NCBI GenBank assembly: GCA_003223555.1
Contig: QHVM01000086.1
Span: 4,596 to 68,595 of the forward strand
DNA from: Acidobacteriota bacterium
GTDB lineage: Bacteria; Acidobacteriota; Vicinamibacteria; Fen-336
Length of the DNA stretch: 64,000 nucleotides
Direction of reading: 5' to 3'
Under the pieces are notes generated by a model, which made no database searches, was not told where the DNA came from, and was given only the letters and a program-made list of their open reading frames with translations. Shown here one piece after another: positions 57,001-64,000 of the stretch. The position numbers and the translations under genes were made by a program. How positions within the stretch are numbered: the first letter of the stretch is position 1; every line of letters starts with the position of its first letter.

Positions 57001-60000
57001 CGCGACCGCGCCGGCGCGGGCGTCCAGGTCGCGGTAGCTGAGCGTCGCTCCGTCGGGGCCGATGAGCGCCGGAGCCTCGGGCGTGGCGCGGGCGTGCTCG
57101 GCGATCAGCTCGGGGACGGCGGCGCGGAACGGCCGATCCTTCCGGGGCCCCCGGCTCCAGGCCACGATCCGGCGCCTTTCCTCCGCGGACAGGATCGGGA
57201 TCTCGAGCAGCGGCAGATCCGGGTCCCGCGCCACGGCCTGGAGCGCGTTCTCGAGGTGGGCCGACATCTGGACCATCCGCGCCTCGTCGAACAGGTCGGT
57301 GCTGTACTCGAACGCGCACGCCAGCCCCTCGTCCTTCGGCTCCACGACGAGCGCGAGGTCGAACTTCGACGTGGTGGTCTCGAAAGGAGGCATCTCCACC
57401 TGGAGATCGCCCAGCCGCATCTCGCTGGAGCTCTCGGGCTGGATGGTGAACATCACCTGGAACAGGGGGTTGTGCCCCAGGTCCCGCGGCGCTCCGAGCG
57501 CGGCCACCACGCGCTCGAAGGGCACGTCCTGATGCGCATAGGCCTCGAGCGCGGAGCGGCGGACGCGCTGCACCAGCTCGGCGAAGGTGGGGTTGCCCGA
57601 GAGGTCGATCCGGATGGCCAGGGTGTTGAGGAAGAAGCCGACGACGCCCTCGGTCTCGCGCCGGTCCCGGTTGGCCGCCGGCACGCCGACCACGACGTCG
57701 TCCTGCCCGCTGATGCGTCCCAGGTACGCGGCGAACGCGCCGAGCAGCGTCATGAACAGCGAGGCGCCCGCGCTCCGGGCCAGCTCCTCCAGCCGGCGGC
57801 CGAGCGGCGCCGCGAGCGTGAAGGACTTCGTGCTCCCGCGGAACGACTGCTCCCGCGGCCGCGGGCGATCGGCGGGCAGGGTCAGGCAGGGCGGCGCGGC
57901 GGCCAGCGCCTTGCGCCAGAAGGCCAGGCTCTCGTCGAGCTGGCCGGTGGACAGGCGCCCGTGCTGCCAGGCCGCCCAGTCCGCGTAGCGGATCGGCAGC
58001 TCCGGCAGCTCCGGGCTCCGCTGCGCCGAGAACGCCGCGTAGGCATGTCCGAGCTCACGGAGGAGTATGGCGAGCGACCATGCGTCGGCCACGATGTGAT
58101 GCTGGTTGATGACCAGGACGTGCTCGTCCCGGCCTCGGAGCCGGAGGAGACGGGCCCGGAAGAGGGGGCCGGCGGTCAGCGAGAACGGCGTGTTGACCTC
58201 TTCCTTGACGCGCTCGTCGACCTGGAGGGGGTCGACGTCGTCGACCGTCAGCACCTCGGCGCTCCGGCGCGCGATCCGCTGCACCGGATGCCCGGAGCGG
58301 TCGGCGAACGTGGTGCGCAGCGCGTCGTGACGGTCGACCAGCACCTCGAGCGCCTTGCGGAGCGCGGCGACGTCCAGCGCGCCCGTCAGCCGGAGGACCA
58401 GCGGGACGTTGTAGGCGGAGCTGGCGCCGCTCAGCGCGTCGAGGAACCACAGGCGCTCCTGGCCCGGCGCGGCCGGGACGTCTCCGGTCAAGTCGACGCG
58501 GGGAATGCTCTCGAGGCCGGCGCGGCCGCCGGCGATCGCCTCGGCAAAGGCCGCGATCGTCCGTCGCTCGAAGATCAGCCGCACCGGGAGGTCGACGCCG
58601 AAGACCTCGCGGGCGCGAGCGATGACCTGGGTGGCCTTGAGCGAGTGGCCGCCGATCGCGAAGAAGTCGTCGTTCACGCCGATCCGCTCCCGGCCGAGGA
58701 CCGCGCTCCAGATCCCGGCCACGACCTCCTCGTGAGGCGTCCGGGGAGCGACATGGTCGGCCGCGGCCCGCGTCTCCCTGGCGCGGGCCACGAGCGCGGC
58801 ATGGTCGACCTTGCCGTTCGGAGTGAGCGGCAGCTCGTCCACGAGGACGATGCGGCTGGGGAGCATCGGCGGCGGCAGGCGCCTGGCCAGGTGGCTCGCG
58901 AGCGCGGCGGCGTCGGTCGGGCTCTCGGGCCGGCCGGCGGCGAAGGCGACCAGGCGGACGTCGCCGTTCTGGAGCGCGTCCTCGCTCACGACCGCGGCGG
59001 CGGCGACGCTCGGGTGGCCGGCCAGCGCGGCCTCGATCTCGCCCGGCTCGACGCGGACGCCGAGCACCTGCACCTGCCGGTCGGAGCGGCCGTGGAACGC
59101 GAGGGTGCCGTCCGGGAAGAAGCTCGCGAGGTCGCCGCTCGCGTACATCCGGGCATCCGGCGCGCCGCAGAAGGGGTCGGGCACGAACCGCGCGGCGGTC
59201 AGCTCCGGACGATTCAGGTACCCGCGGGCGACGCCGGCGCCGCCGATGTACAGCTCGCCGACGACGCCGGGGAGGACCGGCCGCCGCCGCCGGTCGAGGA
59301 CGTAGACGCGCGCGTTCGCGACGGGGCGCCCGATCGAGGGCAAGGCGCCGCCGCCGGCCGGCGGGCCGACGGGGCCGGAGGTGGCGACGATGGTGATCTC
59401 GGTCGGGCCGTAGTTGTTGACGAGCTGGAACGGCAGCCCCGGCGGAGGGAAGGCGTGGAGCCGATCGCCGCCCGTGAGCAGGAAGCGCAGCGCGGTACCC
59501 GGGGGCCACGCCAGGGAGAGCGCCGCCTCCGCGACCGGCGTCGGAAGGAAGCTGATCGTGATCTCGTGGTCCACCAGCCAGCGCGACAGCTCGGGGGGCG
59601 CCGCGGAGAGATGGGGGGGAACGAGGCAGAGCGTGGCGCCGGCGGCGAGCGTCGGCCAGATCTCCCACGCCGAGGCGTCGAAGGCCACGCTGGCGAGCTG
59701 CGTCGTGCGGTCCTTCGCGGTCAGGGAGAAGGCCTCGGTGTGCCAGGAGACGAGGTTGGCGAGGCTCCGGTGGGTGACCATGACGCCCTTCGGCGCTCCG
59801 GTCGAGCCCGAGGTGTAGATCACGTAGGCCAGGTCGTCGGCCCGCGCGGGCTCGCGGGCGACGGCCGGCGCCCCGGCCTCGCCCGCGATCGCGGCGACGT
59901 CGAGCCGGGGGATGGTCGAGCCCGGGATCGGATCGGCGCCCGCGATCAGGATCGCTTGCGGCGCGGCGTCGCCCACGATGAAGGCCAGCCGTTGGCTCGG

Positions 60001-61650
60001 ATAGCTCGGATCGAGGGGAAGGTAGGCCCCCCCGGCCTTCAGCACGCCGAGCAGCCCGGCCACCAGCTCCACCGACCTGCCGATCGCGACCCCGACGATC
60101 GCTTCACGCCCGACGCCCACCGCGCGCAGGCGTTGCGCCACCCGCTCGGCCTGCTCCTCGAGCTCGCGGTAGCTGACCCGCCGGCCGTCGGTCCCCACCA
60201 GTGCCGTCGCGTCCGGATCGCGGCGGGCCCGCGCGGCCACGCGCTCGGGGACCGGCACCTCGGTGTCGAAGGGGCGAGGGTTCCGGCTCCAGTCCTCGAG
60301 CGCGCGCCGGCCGGCTTCGTCGAGGAGGTCGATCTCACCGAGGGTCTGGCCTTTCGTGCCGGCGGCGAACGCCGAGAGCGCCGCCTCGAGGAGGCCGGTG
60401 ATCCGCTCGGCCGCCGCGCGGGAGAACAGGCCGGCGTCGAACATCACCCGCAGCTCCAGCGACTCGCCGGGGATCGCGACCAGCGTCAGCGGGTAGTTGG
60501 TGCGCTCGTAGGTCGTGATCGCGCTGATCTCGAGGTCGCTCCGCTCGAGCAGCGCCGAGCGGTCGATCGGATAGTTCTCGAAGACCATGAGGCTGTCGAA
60601 GAGCGGCCGGTCGTGGGGCGCGTCCGACCACACCTGGATGTCCGCGAGGGAGGAGTAGCCGCAGGGCTCCAGGGCGCCCTGGCTGGCCTGCACGCTCGAC
60701 AGGAACGCCGAGACCGGGGCGTCGTCGTCCAGGCGAGCGCGGAGCGGCACGGTGTTGATGAACAGCCCGACGATCGATTCGGCGCCCTCCAGCTCGGCGG
60801 GTCGGCCCGAGACGGTCACGCCGAACACGACGTCGTCCCGGTCGGCCGCCCTCCCGAGGACCAGCGCCCAGGCCGCCTGGACGAGCGTGTTGAGCGTCAG
60901 CCGCTCCTCCTTCGCGAAGGCGGCCAGCCGGCCGGTCAGCTCGGCCGGCAGGTGCCGGATCACCTGGGGCTGGGCGTCGCCGGACGACCCGCTCTCTTCT
61001 TGCCGCTGGAGGAAGGGGAGGGGGGTGGGCTGGTCGAAGCCGGCGAGCGCGCTTCGCCAGAACTTCTCGGCCGGGGCCGGATCCTGCTCCTGGAGCCACG
61101 CGATGTAGTCGCGGTAGGGGCGCGCCGGAGGGGGCAGGGCCTCGGTACCCGACTCGACCACCTCCAGTACCTCGCGCAGCACGATCGAGAAGCACCAGCC
61201 GTCGAGCAGGAGGTGGTGGTAGGTCCAGACGAAACGGTGGCGGACCTCGTCGAGCCGGAACAGCGCGCAGCGGACGAGGGGCGCGGCATCGAGCGCGAAC
61301 CCCCGCCGCCGGTCCTCGCGCAGGAAGTCTTCGATCCGCTGCTCCTGGGCGTCCGGCGCGGCTCCCCGCAGATCCTCGACGTGCCAGGCGAGCCGGGCCT
61401 CGCGCGAGACCACCTGGACCGGCTTCTCCAGCCCCTCCCACATGAACCCCGAACGCAGGACCGGGTGCCGGGCGAGGACGCGCTGCCAGGCGTCCTGCCA
61501 CCGGGCCAGCGGCAGGTCGCCCCGCACGTCGCAGGTCATCTGCTCGACGTACATGCCCGCGCTCGGGTCGAGCAGCGAGTGGAAGAGCATGCCCTGCTGC
61601 ATGGGCGTCAGCTCGTAGATGTCTTCGATCTGGTCTTCGGCGGTGGTCAT
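45064..61650 (-). CDS. non-ribosomal peptide synthetase, five modules: (C-A-T)x5-TE
   Basis: 5528 aa. C motifs: [35 protein letters not shown] and HHIVSDGWS. There are five YTSGSTGxPKG A-cores, at about 59.81, 56.68, 53.53, 50.38 and 47.25 kb. Five GGHSL carrier serines lie at codons about 1003, 2049, 3095, 4140 and 5196. The terminal thioesterase GGHSVGG is at about codon 5335. Module length is about 1046 aa. Confidence 0.95.
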   Translation of the reverse strand: MTTAEDQIEDIYELTPMQQGMLFHSLLDPSAGMYVEQMTCDVRGDLPLARWQDAWQRVLARHPVLRSGFMWEGLEKPVQVVSREARLAWHVEDLRGAAPDAQEQRIEDFLREDRRRGFALDAAPLVRCALFRLDEVRHRFVWTYHHLLLDGWCFSIVLREVLEVVESGTEALPPPARPYRDYIAWLQEQDPAPAEKFWRSALAGFDQPTPLPFLQRQEESGSSGDAQPQVIRHLPAELTGRLAAFAKEERLTLNTLVQAAWALVLGRAADRDDVVFGVTVSGRPAELEGAESIVGLFINTVPLRARLDDDAPVSAFLSSVQASQGALEPCGYSSLADIQVWSDAPHDRPLFDSLMVFENYPIDRSALLERSDLEISAITTYERTNYPLTLVAIPGESLELRVMFDAGLFSRAAAERITGLLEAALSAFAAGTKGQTLGEIDLLDEAGRRALEDWSRNPRPFDTEVPVPERVAARARRDPDATALVGTDGRRVSYRELEEQAERVAQRLRAVGVGREAIVGVAIGRSVELVAGLLGVLKAGGAYLPLDPSYPSQRLAFIVGDAAPQAILIAGADPIPGSTIPRLDVAAIAGEAGAPAVAREPARADDLAYVIYTSGSTGAPKGVMVTHRSLANLVSWHTEAFSLTAKDRTTQLASVAFDASAWEIWPTLAAGATLCLVPPHLSAAPPELSRWLVDHEITISFLPTPVAEAALSLAWPPGTALRFLLTGGDRLHAFPPPGLPFQLVNNYGPTEITIVATSGPVGPPAGGGALPSIGRPVANARVYVLDRRRRPVLPGVVGELYIGGAGVARGYLNRPELTAARFVPDPFCGAPDARMYASGDLASFFPDGTLAFHGRSDRQVQVLGVRVEPGEIEAALAGHPSVAAAAVVSEDALQNGDVRLVAFAAGRPESPTDAAALASHLARRLPPPMLPSRIVLVDELPLTPNGKVDHAALVARARETRAAADHVAPRTPHEEVVAGIWSAVLGRERIGVNDDFFAIGGHSLKATQVIARAREVFGVDLPVRLIFERRTIAAFAEAIAGGRAGLESIPRVDLTGDVPAAPGQERLWFLDALSGASSAYNVPLVLRLTGALDVAALRKALEVLVDRHDALRTTFADRSGHPVQRIARRSAEVLTVDDVDPLQVDERVKEEVNTPFSLTAGPLFRARLLRLRGRDEHVLVINQHHIVADAWSLAILLRELGHAYAAFSAQRSPELPELPIRYADWAAWQHGRLSTGQLDESLAFWRKALAAAPPCLTLPADRPRPREQSFRGSTKSFTLAAPLGRRLEELARSAGASLFMTLLGAFAAYLGRISGQDDVVVGVPAANRDRRETEGVVGFFLNTLAIRIDLSGNPTFAELVQRVRRSALEAYAHQDVPFERVVAALGAPRDLGHNPLFQVMFTIQPESSSEMRLGDLQVEMPPFETTTSKFDLALVVEPKDEGLACAFEYSTDLFDEARMVQMSAHLENALQAVARDPDLPLLEIPILSAEERRRIVAWSRGPRKDRPFRAAVPELIAEHARATPEAPALIGPDGATLSYRDLDARAGAVARRLRAMGVGPETIVGVCIERSLELVVGQLAVWKAGGAYLPLDPGYPSDRLAFIAGDAAPRVILTRGAVDPIVDRTIPRLDVLGRLDEGGPAEAPAATRPDDLAYVIYTSGSTGVPKGVLVSQRNLHNTVLWHNDHFELGPADRCTQLASVAFDATVWEIWPPLAAGAALYVVPAELVPQPAALADWIAASGITLCFLPTPLAEAALARPWPEGGSLRVMHVAGDRLHIFAPPGLPFALSNAYGPTETTVCATTGVVPEGGEGLPSIGRPIGNTAVYILDEARRAVPPGVVGEMFIGGAGVARGYLNRPDLTEERFLPDPFWDDPAPGPLGARMYASGDLGSFNPDGTIAFHGRRDRQIKVRGVRVEPAEIEAALAEHPGIEAAAVVTQGSGVDLQLLAFAAARPGGQPSTSDVLASYLAAKLPAAMVPSRILVVDDLPLTPNGKVDYAALAARATESEGRVHVPPRTPEEEVLTGIWTEVLGRTPPGVTADFFELGGHSLRATQVVSRIREAFGVELPVRVIFERKTIARLAEAVSTPGASAEPIPRADLSGDLPLAPGQESLWFIDALGGGNAAYNVPLVLRLGGALDAGALARAIALLVERHEALRTTFHDSSGGTPVQRIGPPPSAPSVLAIEDVEPAFLDRRIAEEIAAPFSLATGPLFRARLLRLRPDEHVLVINQHHIIVDAWSIGVLLRELCVAYAAFASGAEPALPDPPIRYADWACWQRRRLESGRLEQSLAYWRGALKGAPGTVTLPGDRPRPERPSFRGKTRSFVLPAPAGQRLEELATRSGASLFMTLLGAFAAYLGRISGQEDVVVGSPAANRDRRETEGVVGYFLNTLAFRVDLAGDPTFAEVVARVRKTALEAYAHQDVPFEKLVAGLGVPRALGHNPLFQVMFVIQGQGGGDIRLPGLSVDLPAFESPTSKFDLTLFVEPREGALACVLEYSTDLFDDDRIERMAAHLGRLLEAVIARPELRLSEIPLLSADEQRLIADLNRTERAYDPGRTLPQLFASQASQTPDRVALEHGRETRTYRQLDQEAEALADRLAALGVGPGARVAFCLDRSIAALTSMLATLKAGGAYVPLDPSYPPERLRYMLESAQASVLVTEKRYRDLLPAAGVEVILADEAEARAAARRAPPKLQAHHLAYVLYTSGSTGKPKGVAMPHRALVNLIEWQTEHAKAARTLQFAPLSFDVSFQETFSTWCSGGTLVLVDEATRRDPDALVQLLDRSGIQRLFLPAVALHHLAQAALRTGRLVPSLEEVITAGDQLRVTDPIRRWFRAGRKRLHNHYGPTESHVVTAHALDGDPDLWPGIPSIGRPIANSGVHLLDARRRPVPVGVPGELYLTGTCLADGYLFRPELTAERFVELDVCGRTPTRAYRTGDLGRLSPDGTIEFLGRADDQIKIRGFRVEPGEIERALCAHPDVRDAAVIADEGPARDKRLVAYVVPETAPVDALPAFLARDLPEYMVPALFVKLAALPRTPSGKVDRRTLPAPVPETRARLAPEPRTATEEIVARAFEQVLGRGQVGADEDFFSLGGHSLLAMQAVARIRDELDADLRVSELFENPTVASLGRAIDARRGGTTLALARIDPAPEGARIPLSFSQERLWFLDQLHGGTAAYNLPIALRLSGRLDVEALEQSLAQIVERHPVLRMRFVERDGGVWQEPREEGASPFELVELGPTPAEDLRRTIAEEAARPFDLARGPLFRARLFRLGPDEHVVVSTMHHAVGDGWSISVLVRELSQLYSGRVSGAPVALPELAIGYLDYAYRQRRHLQGPVLEERLGHWRKALGGAPAALSLPLDRPRPPKPSLRGATQRIALGRKLSEALEALGRRLGGTSFMALLAGFAAYLSRITGQDDIVVGTPVANRDRAELESLIGFFVGTLPIRVDLSSDPTFEELLARVRGAALDAYAHQDVPLEKIVEAVAPERDMSHAPLFQAMLVLQNTPAADLGLPGLAVAPLDLEIGISKSDLSLVLEPGSDGLRGALEYSTDLFDPDRIARMAEHLRGLLEDAVANPKKRISELALLPEAESAQVAAFGRGRVLSPAHALPLHELFEENARRTPRQVALECAGRTLTYGELNQRANRLAHRLIDLGAGREKLVALCVPRSFDLIAALLAVWKSGAAYVPLDPSYPKARLDDVLEDCQAGLLVSTHAAAARWCAPHVRTLRLDDETGADRSDDPRAGVRLEDAAYVIYTSGSTGRPKGVVLEHRGLANVPEIQRHELGVDSSCVVLQFASISFDASVWEIVMALASGGRLVLVPADTLLAGDELARVLVESRVTHTTLPPTSLLALPEDREYPSLRQVISAGEACSPEVVTRWASRGVRFYNGYGPTESTICTTLGRCDPAEPGPPPIGRPALNLEGHVLDRRGRLQPIGVPGELHIGGVGLARGYLNREELTREKFIPHPFRPSARLYRSGDLVRWRRDGRLEYLGRIDDQVKLRGFRIELGEIEAAIASHPDVARALVVVRGSGTAQIVVAYVVPKRAVEAAALREHARKRLPDFMVPADIVLLEAFPLTPNGKVDKRRLPAPRREGTEDGAAFVAPRTPAEQVLAGIWGGLLERQPIGAHDDFFQLGGHSLLAAQVMSRVRKAFGVDVPLSAIFDHPTLEALASVIAAREGGPELPPVVRLADATGGPPADRPLSFAQERLRFLAELEGDSAAYNIPVALSLRGRLDEGALSRSLAALADRHQVLRTSFPIADGEPVARLLPAGLPLATEDLGRTGAPPLERRLMEESARPFSLATGPVVRAHLFQVADAERVLLIVMHHIVSDGWSIGILMRELSALYAAEVRGEELRLPPPPIQYTDYAAWQRGWLDGHVRDRQLAYWKSALAGAPAVLDLPTDRPRPVARTHRGGTQRVDLGGEATRALHALGRESGTTLYMALLAAFGAWLGRISGQDDLVIGSPFAGRRIAETEPLIGFFVNTLPLRVDLGGDPSFLELLQRVRGQALGAHENQDVPFEKLVEELHPERVLGTSPIFQVMFALQQTHRGGMELPGLEVEPLSAQSGTSKFDLTLSLAETDGGIAGGIEYDLDLFDAPRVQAMARQLARFVDRLVSDPKAKISDVELLSAEERARLVPRAPAEAPPLPAVHEAIAEQARKTPGAIAVEAADGSTLTYAELEARAGAVAAALATRGVAPETLVAIAVERSLDMMAGLLGILKAGAAYVPLDPAYPRERLAFMLKDSGARVVLTRTRLAEQFPDVEALILGEGEGEDPIDDRPFEARPGPLAYCLYTSGSTGQPKGVLIEHAALANHMDWMSAAMPLGPDDRVLQRTSLSFDASVWELFAPLMAGARLVLAPPDLGADTERLARVMADHGVTVVQMVPSLLTALVEEPELGRVATLRRVCAGGEPLPSATVRKLFGVSKAEVWNLYGPTEATIDAAAHRCRPETAGAHGATEPIGLPIRRMEALVLDARLRPVADGAPGELYLAGPGLARGYLNRPELTASRFIEHAFPGGPRLRMYKTGDVVRRLADGTLLFGGRADRQVKLRGYRIELGEVEAAVARHPAVREVAALVRGSGGDARLVAFVVPRDREKPPATAELKGFVGRELAAHMVPGRFVVLPGLLHAPNGKVDCRGLAALEVAEERAPRQGGAPRDTIELELVRLFEEVLGTSDVGIHDSFFDLGGHSLLALKLKLSVEKRLERPLPLLALFQNPTPAQLGAVLRTGASAPSSPLVPLTAAARELMAVGAGRGGARALFLVPGGGSTPFYLTALARRLEGTAVFGLQPRGLDGEAPPHQTVEETAAWYAGAIRSVQPEGPYFVGGHSVGGHVAYEIAQQLKEQGHEIGLVALLDTVAPFPEATRPMGQGWDVSQWLVQIAGVMEGFFNVEVGLGLDALRGMDEAARFETFVMRLTAAGILPPGAGPSHVMGILNVARAQDATRYQPRRGHHVPLAVFRAEEKNDPNHPEVGALIADETLGWNRFTSSPVAACRVPGTHLTLVREPHVEVLARHLRARLTP

Positions 61651-61684
61651 GGCGAAGTGTTCCCTCCCCGGTGGCCGGCGGAGG

Positions 61685-64000
61685 TCAGCCCGTCTTCTTC
61701 TTGCCGAGCACGCGCTTCAAGTCCCTGGCGCTGAGCCGGGCCGCCGGGAAGTCGGCCGCCACGCGGACCGCGGCCCGCGGCTCTCCGCGTTCCCGGATCA
61801 GCGCCCGGACGCCGGCGACGAACGAGCCACCGAGGCGCTCGATGGCCTCCGCGCGAAGGACCTCGGCGCCGAAGGTCCAGTTGACCCGGAGGCGCCCGGT
61901 CTCCAGCCGGGCGTTGACCTCGATCCGGTGGGGCCGGGCGGCGAGCGGGGAATGGAGCGGCCCCCGGCCTTCCCGGGCTGCTCCGCGCACGACGCCGTGC
62001 GCGGGGACCGCACCGAGCTGCCCGAGGTAGTTGAACACCACCGGGGCGGGGGGGACGGCCCCCAGCCGCGCGCGGATCGACGCGTCGGCCGACAGGTGAC
62101 GAAGGATGCCGTAACCGATCCCGCCGTGGGGGATCCGGCGCAGCGCGTCCTTCACCCGGGCGAGCGTCTCGCGCTCGGTCTCCCGGGCCCCCACGCGCAG
62201 CCGGAGCGGGAAGAGTGCGGTGAACCACCCCACCGTGCGGCTCAGGTCGACGTCCTCGAACAGGAACTCCCGCCCGTGCCCTTCGAGGTCGATCCGGACG
62301 CCGCGGTGGCCGGTCCAGCTCGAGACGGCCCGGGCGAGCGCCGCGATCAGCGCTTCGTTGACCTTGACCTCGTAGGCCGCCGGCACCTCGGTCAGCAGGG
62401 TCTCGGTCTCTTCCGCGTCCAGCCAGGTCGCGATCGTGGACGCGTCACCGACCGTGTCCGGCGCAGTGGGATCGTGCAGCGGGATCTCGTGCGAGCCGTC
62501 GCGGTCGGCGGCGGCCAGCCAGCCGTCCAGCTCCGCGCGGGCATCCGGCGTGTCGGCGTGCGTTTCGAGGCGCTGCGACCAGTGCTGGAACGACGTGGTC
62601 TTCGGCGGCAGCTCGACCGCGCGGCCGCTCGCGAGCTGGCCGTACGCGGTCAGGAGGTCCTCGAGGATGATCCCCCAGGACACCCCGTCCACCACCAGGT
62701 GGTGGGCGACGAGGGCGAGGCGCGCCGACGCCGGCCCGGGGCGAAGGACGGCCGCCCGCATCACCGGACCGCGCTCGAGGTCGAGCGCCCGGTGCAGCTC
62801 GGCGAGCGCCGCCTCCAGGCTCGACGGGGTCGACTCCTGGAGGGGGATCGAAGACGTGGCGTCGGCGTGGCGCTGGGTCCATGCGGCACCCTCCCGGTGG
62901 AAGCGGAGGCGCAGCGCGTCGTGGTGGGCCTCCACCGCGTCGAGCGCGCGGCGGAGCACGCCGAGGTCGAGGGCGGGATCCACGTCGAGCAGCATCGCCA
63001 TGTTGAAGTGCTGCGGCTCGGCCCGCCCCTGCTCGAAGAACCAGCGCTGGATCGGCGTCAGCGGCGCGCTCCCCTTCACCGGGCCCTGCTCGGCCTGGAT
63101 CGCCGGGCCGCTGGAAGCCGCCCGGGCCAGCTCGGCGATCGTCTGGTGCTCGAAGAGCTGGCGCGGCCGCAGGCGAAGGCCGGCCCGGGTCGCGCGGGCG
63201 ATGATCTGGAGGCCGAGGATCGAGTCGCCGCCGAGCGAGAAGAAGTTGTCGTGGATCCCGATCGGCTCCTTCTTCAGCGCGGCGGCCCAGATGCCGGCCA
63301 GCAGCTTCTCGGTCTCGGACTCCGGAGCGGCGAAGGCGGCCCGCTCCTGGGCGGCCTCGGGATCGGGGAGCCGGTGGCGGTCGATCTTGCCGTTCGGCGT
63401 GACCGGGAACTCCTCGAGCAACAGCATCCGCGACGGCACCATCGAGTCGGGGAGCCGGGTCCGCGCGTGCTCGCGGAGGGCCTGGACCGTGGGGACCATG
63501 CCCTTCTTTCCGGTCAGGTAGGCCACGAGCTGGTTCTTGTGCACGAGCGCCAGCGCCTGCTGGACGCCGGAATGGCTCTCGAGCACGGCCTCCACCTCGC
63601 CCAGCTCGATCCGGTAGCCGCGCAGCTTGACCTGGTGGTCGAGGCGGCCGAGGTAGTCGATCTTGCCGTCCGCGCGCCAGCGGGCGAGGTCGCCGGTGCG
63701 GTAGAGCCGCGCGCCCGGCTCGCTCGCGAACGGGTCCTCGATGAACCGCTCGGCGGTGAGCGCGGCCAGGCCGAGGTACCCGCGGCCGACGCCGATCCCT
63801 CCGACGCACAGCTCGCCGGGGACGCCGATCGGCGACAGGCGACGATCGGGGTCGAGGATCCGCGCGACCAGCCCCGGGAGCGGGCGTCCGATCGAGAGTG
63901 GGCCGGGCTCGCCGGGGCTGGCGTCCTCGATGGTCGCGCAGATCGTGGACTCCGTCGGCCCGTACCCGTTGTAGAAGCGCCGCGACTCCGTCACCCACTT
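61685..64000 (-). CDS. non-ribosomal peptide synthetase (partial; N-terminus outside the window), ending ...A-T-E
   Basis: It contains the A-domain C-terminal half ([35 protein letters not shown]) and a carrier domain (FFSLGGDSILG). An epimerization domain follows (HHLVVDGVSWGI, FNYLGQ), then a short basic tail. It stops 34 nt before the next NRPS start. Confidence 0.9.
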   Translation of the reverse strand, partial: KWVTESRRFYNGYGPTESTICATIEDASPGEPGPLSIGRPLPGLVARILDPDRRLSPIGVPGELCVGGIGVGRGYLGLAALTAERFIEDPFASEPGARLYRTGDLARWRADGKIDYLGRLDHQVKLRGYRIELGEVEAVLESHSGVQQALALVHKNQLVAYLTGKKGMVPTVQALREHARTRLPDSMVPSRMLLLEEFPVTPNGKIDRHRLPDPEAAQERAAFAAPESETEKLLAGIWAAALKKEPIGIHDNFFSLGGDSILGLQIIARATRAGLRLRPRQLFEHQTIAELARAASSGPAIQAEQGPVKGSAPLTPIQRWFFEQGRAEPQHFNMAMLLDVDPALDLGVLRRALDAVEAHHDALRLRFHREGAAWTQRHADATSSIPLQESTPSSLEAALAELHRALDLERGPVMRAAVLRPGPASARLALVAHHLVVDGVSWGIILEDLLTAYGQLASGRAVELPPKTTSFQHWSQRLETHADTPDARAELDGWLAAADRDGSHEIPLHDPTAPDTVGDASTIATWLDAEETETLLTEVPAAYEVKVNEALIAALARAVSSWTGHRGVRIDLEGHGREFLFEDVDLSRTVGWFTALFPLRLRVGARETERETLARVKDALRRIPHGGIGYGILRHLSADASIRARLGAVPPAPVVFNYLGQLGAVPAHGVVRGAAREGRGPLHSPLAARPHRIEVNARLETGRLRVNWTFGAEVLRAEAIERLGGSFVAGVRALIRERGEPRAAVRVAADFPAARLSARDLKRVLGKKKTG

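Noticed and set aside
49153-61734. 4193-aa plus-strand ORF (and many shorter ones) overlapping the NRPS gene
   Set aside because: It is antisense to a gene with unmistakable NRPS motifs. The translation is Arg/Gly/Pro/Ala-rich with no recognisable domains. This is the classic stop-poor antisense frame of high-GC DNA.

Overview
Very GC-rich (about 70% by eye) bacterial chromosomal window. The gene content suggests Acidobacteriota or a relative, based on a carboxypeptidase-regulatory-domain TonB receptor, many Tat-signal glycosidases and few Shine-Dalgarno sites; this is inference only. Layout: (1) 1-7.2 kb holds an envelope-polysaccharide cluster (two GT1, ugd, galE, GT2, MsbA-like exporter). 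(2) 7.2-17.5 kb is a housekeeping block (yicC-gmk-rpoZ-coaBC-udg-priA, M50 protease, HU, der, ihfA-merR, tRNA-Pro, surE). (3) 18.8-42.2 kb is a large sugar-utilisation locus that reads as a non-phosphorylative L-fucose pathway. It carries a mutarotase, SDRs, two lactonase types, an FAH-family hydrolase, LutABC, an ABC importer, a GntR regulator, a TonB receptor, a GH29 fucosidase and a GH36-like enzyme. (4) tRNA-Pro(CGG) at 42.2 kb is followed by an NRPS operon (42.4-64 kb). It has a partial upstream NRPS ending A-T-E, a 5528-aa five-module C-A-T synthetase ending in TE, and then DUF2269-like, STAS, Sfp-type PPTase, Mth938-like and membrane genes. Three things stood out in the hunt. First, an unrecognised ~77-bp double-hairpin repeat family occurs 8 times, only in intergenic gaps of the sugar locus, with a compensatory stem change between copies. 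Second, short out-of-frame internal deletions recur in conserved genes (priA, der, ABC ATPase, lactonase), alongside a collapsed TonB-receptor paralog and an in-frame TGA in an OMP gene; this may be biology or an assembly or gap artefact. Third, the NRPS line and its odd accessory genes. All calls rest on reading the translations and on remembered family motifs. No searches were run, and start codons are +/- a few codons.
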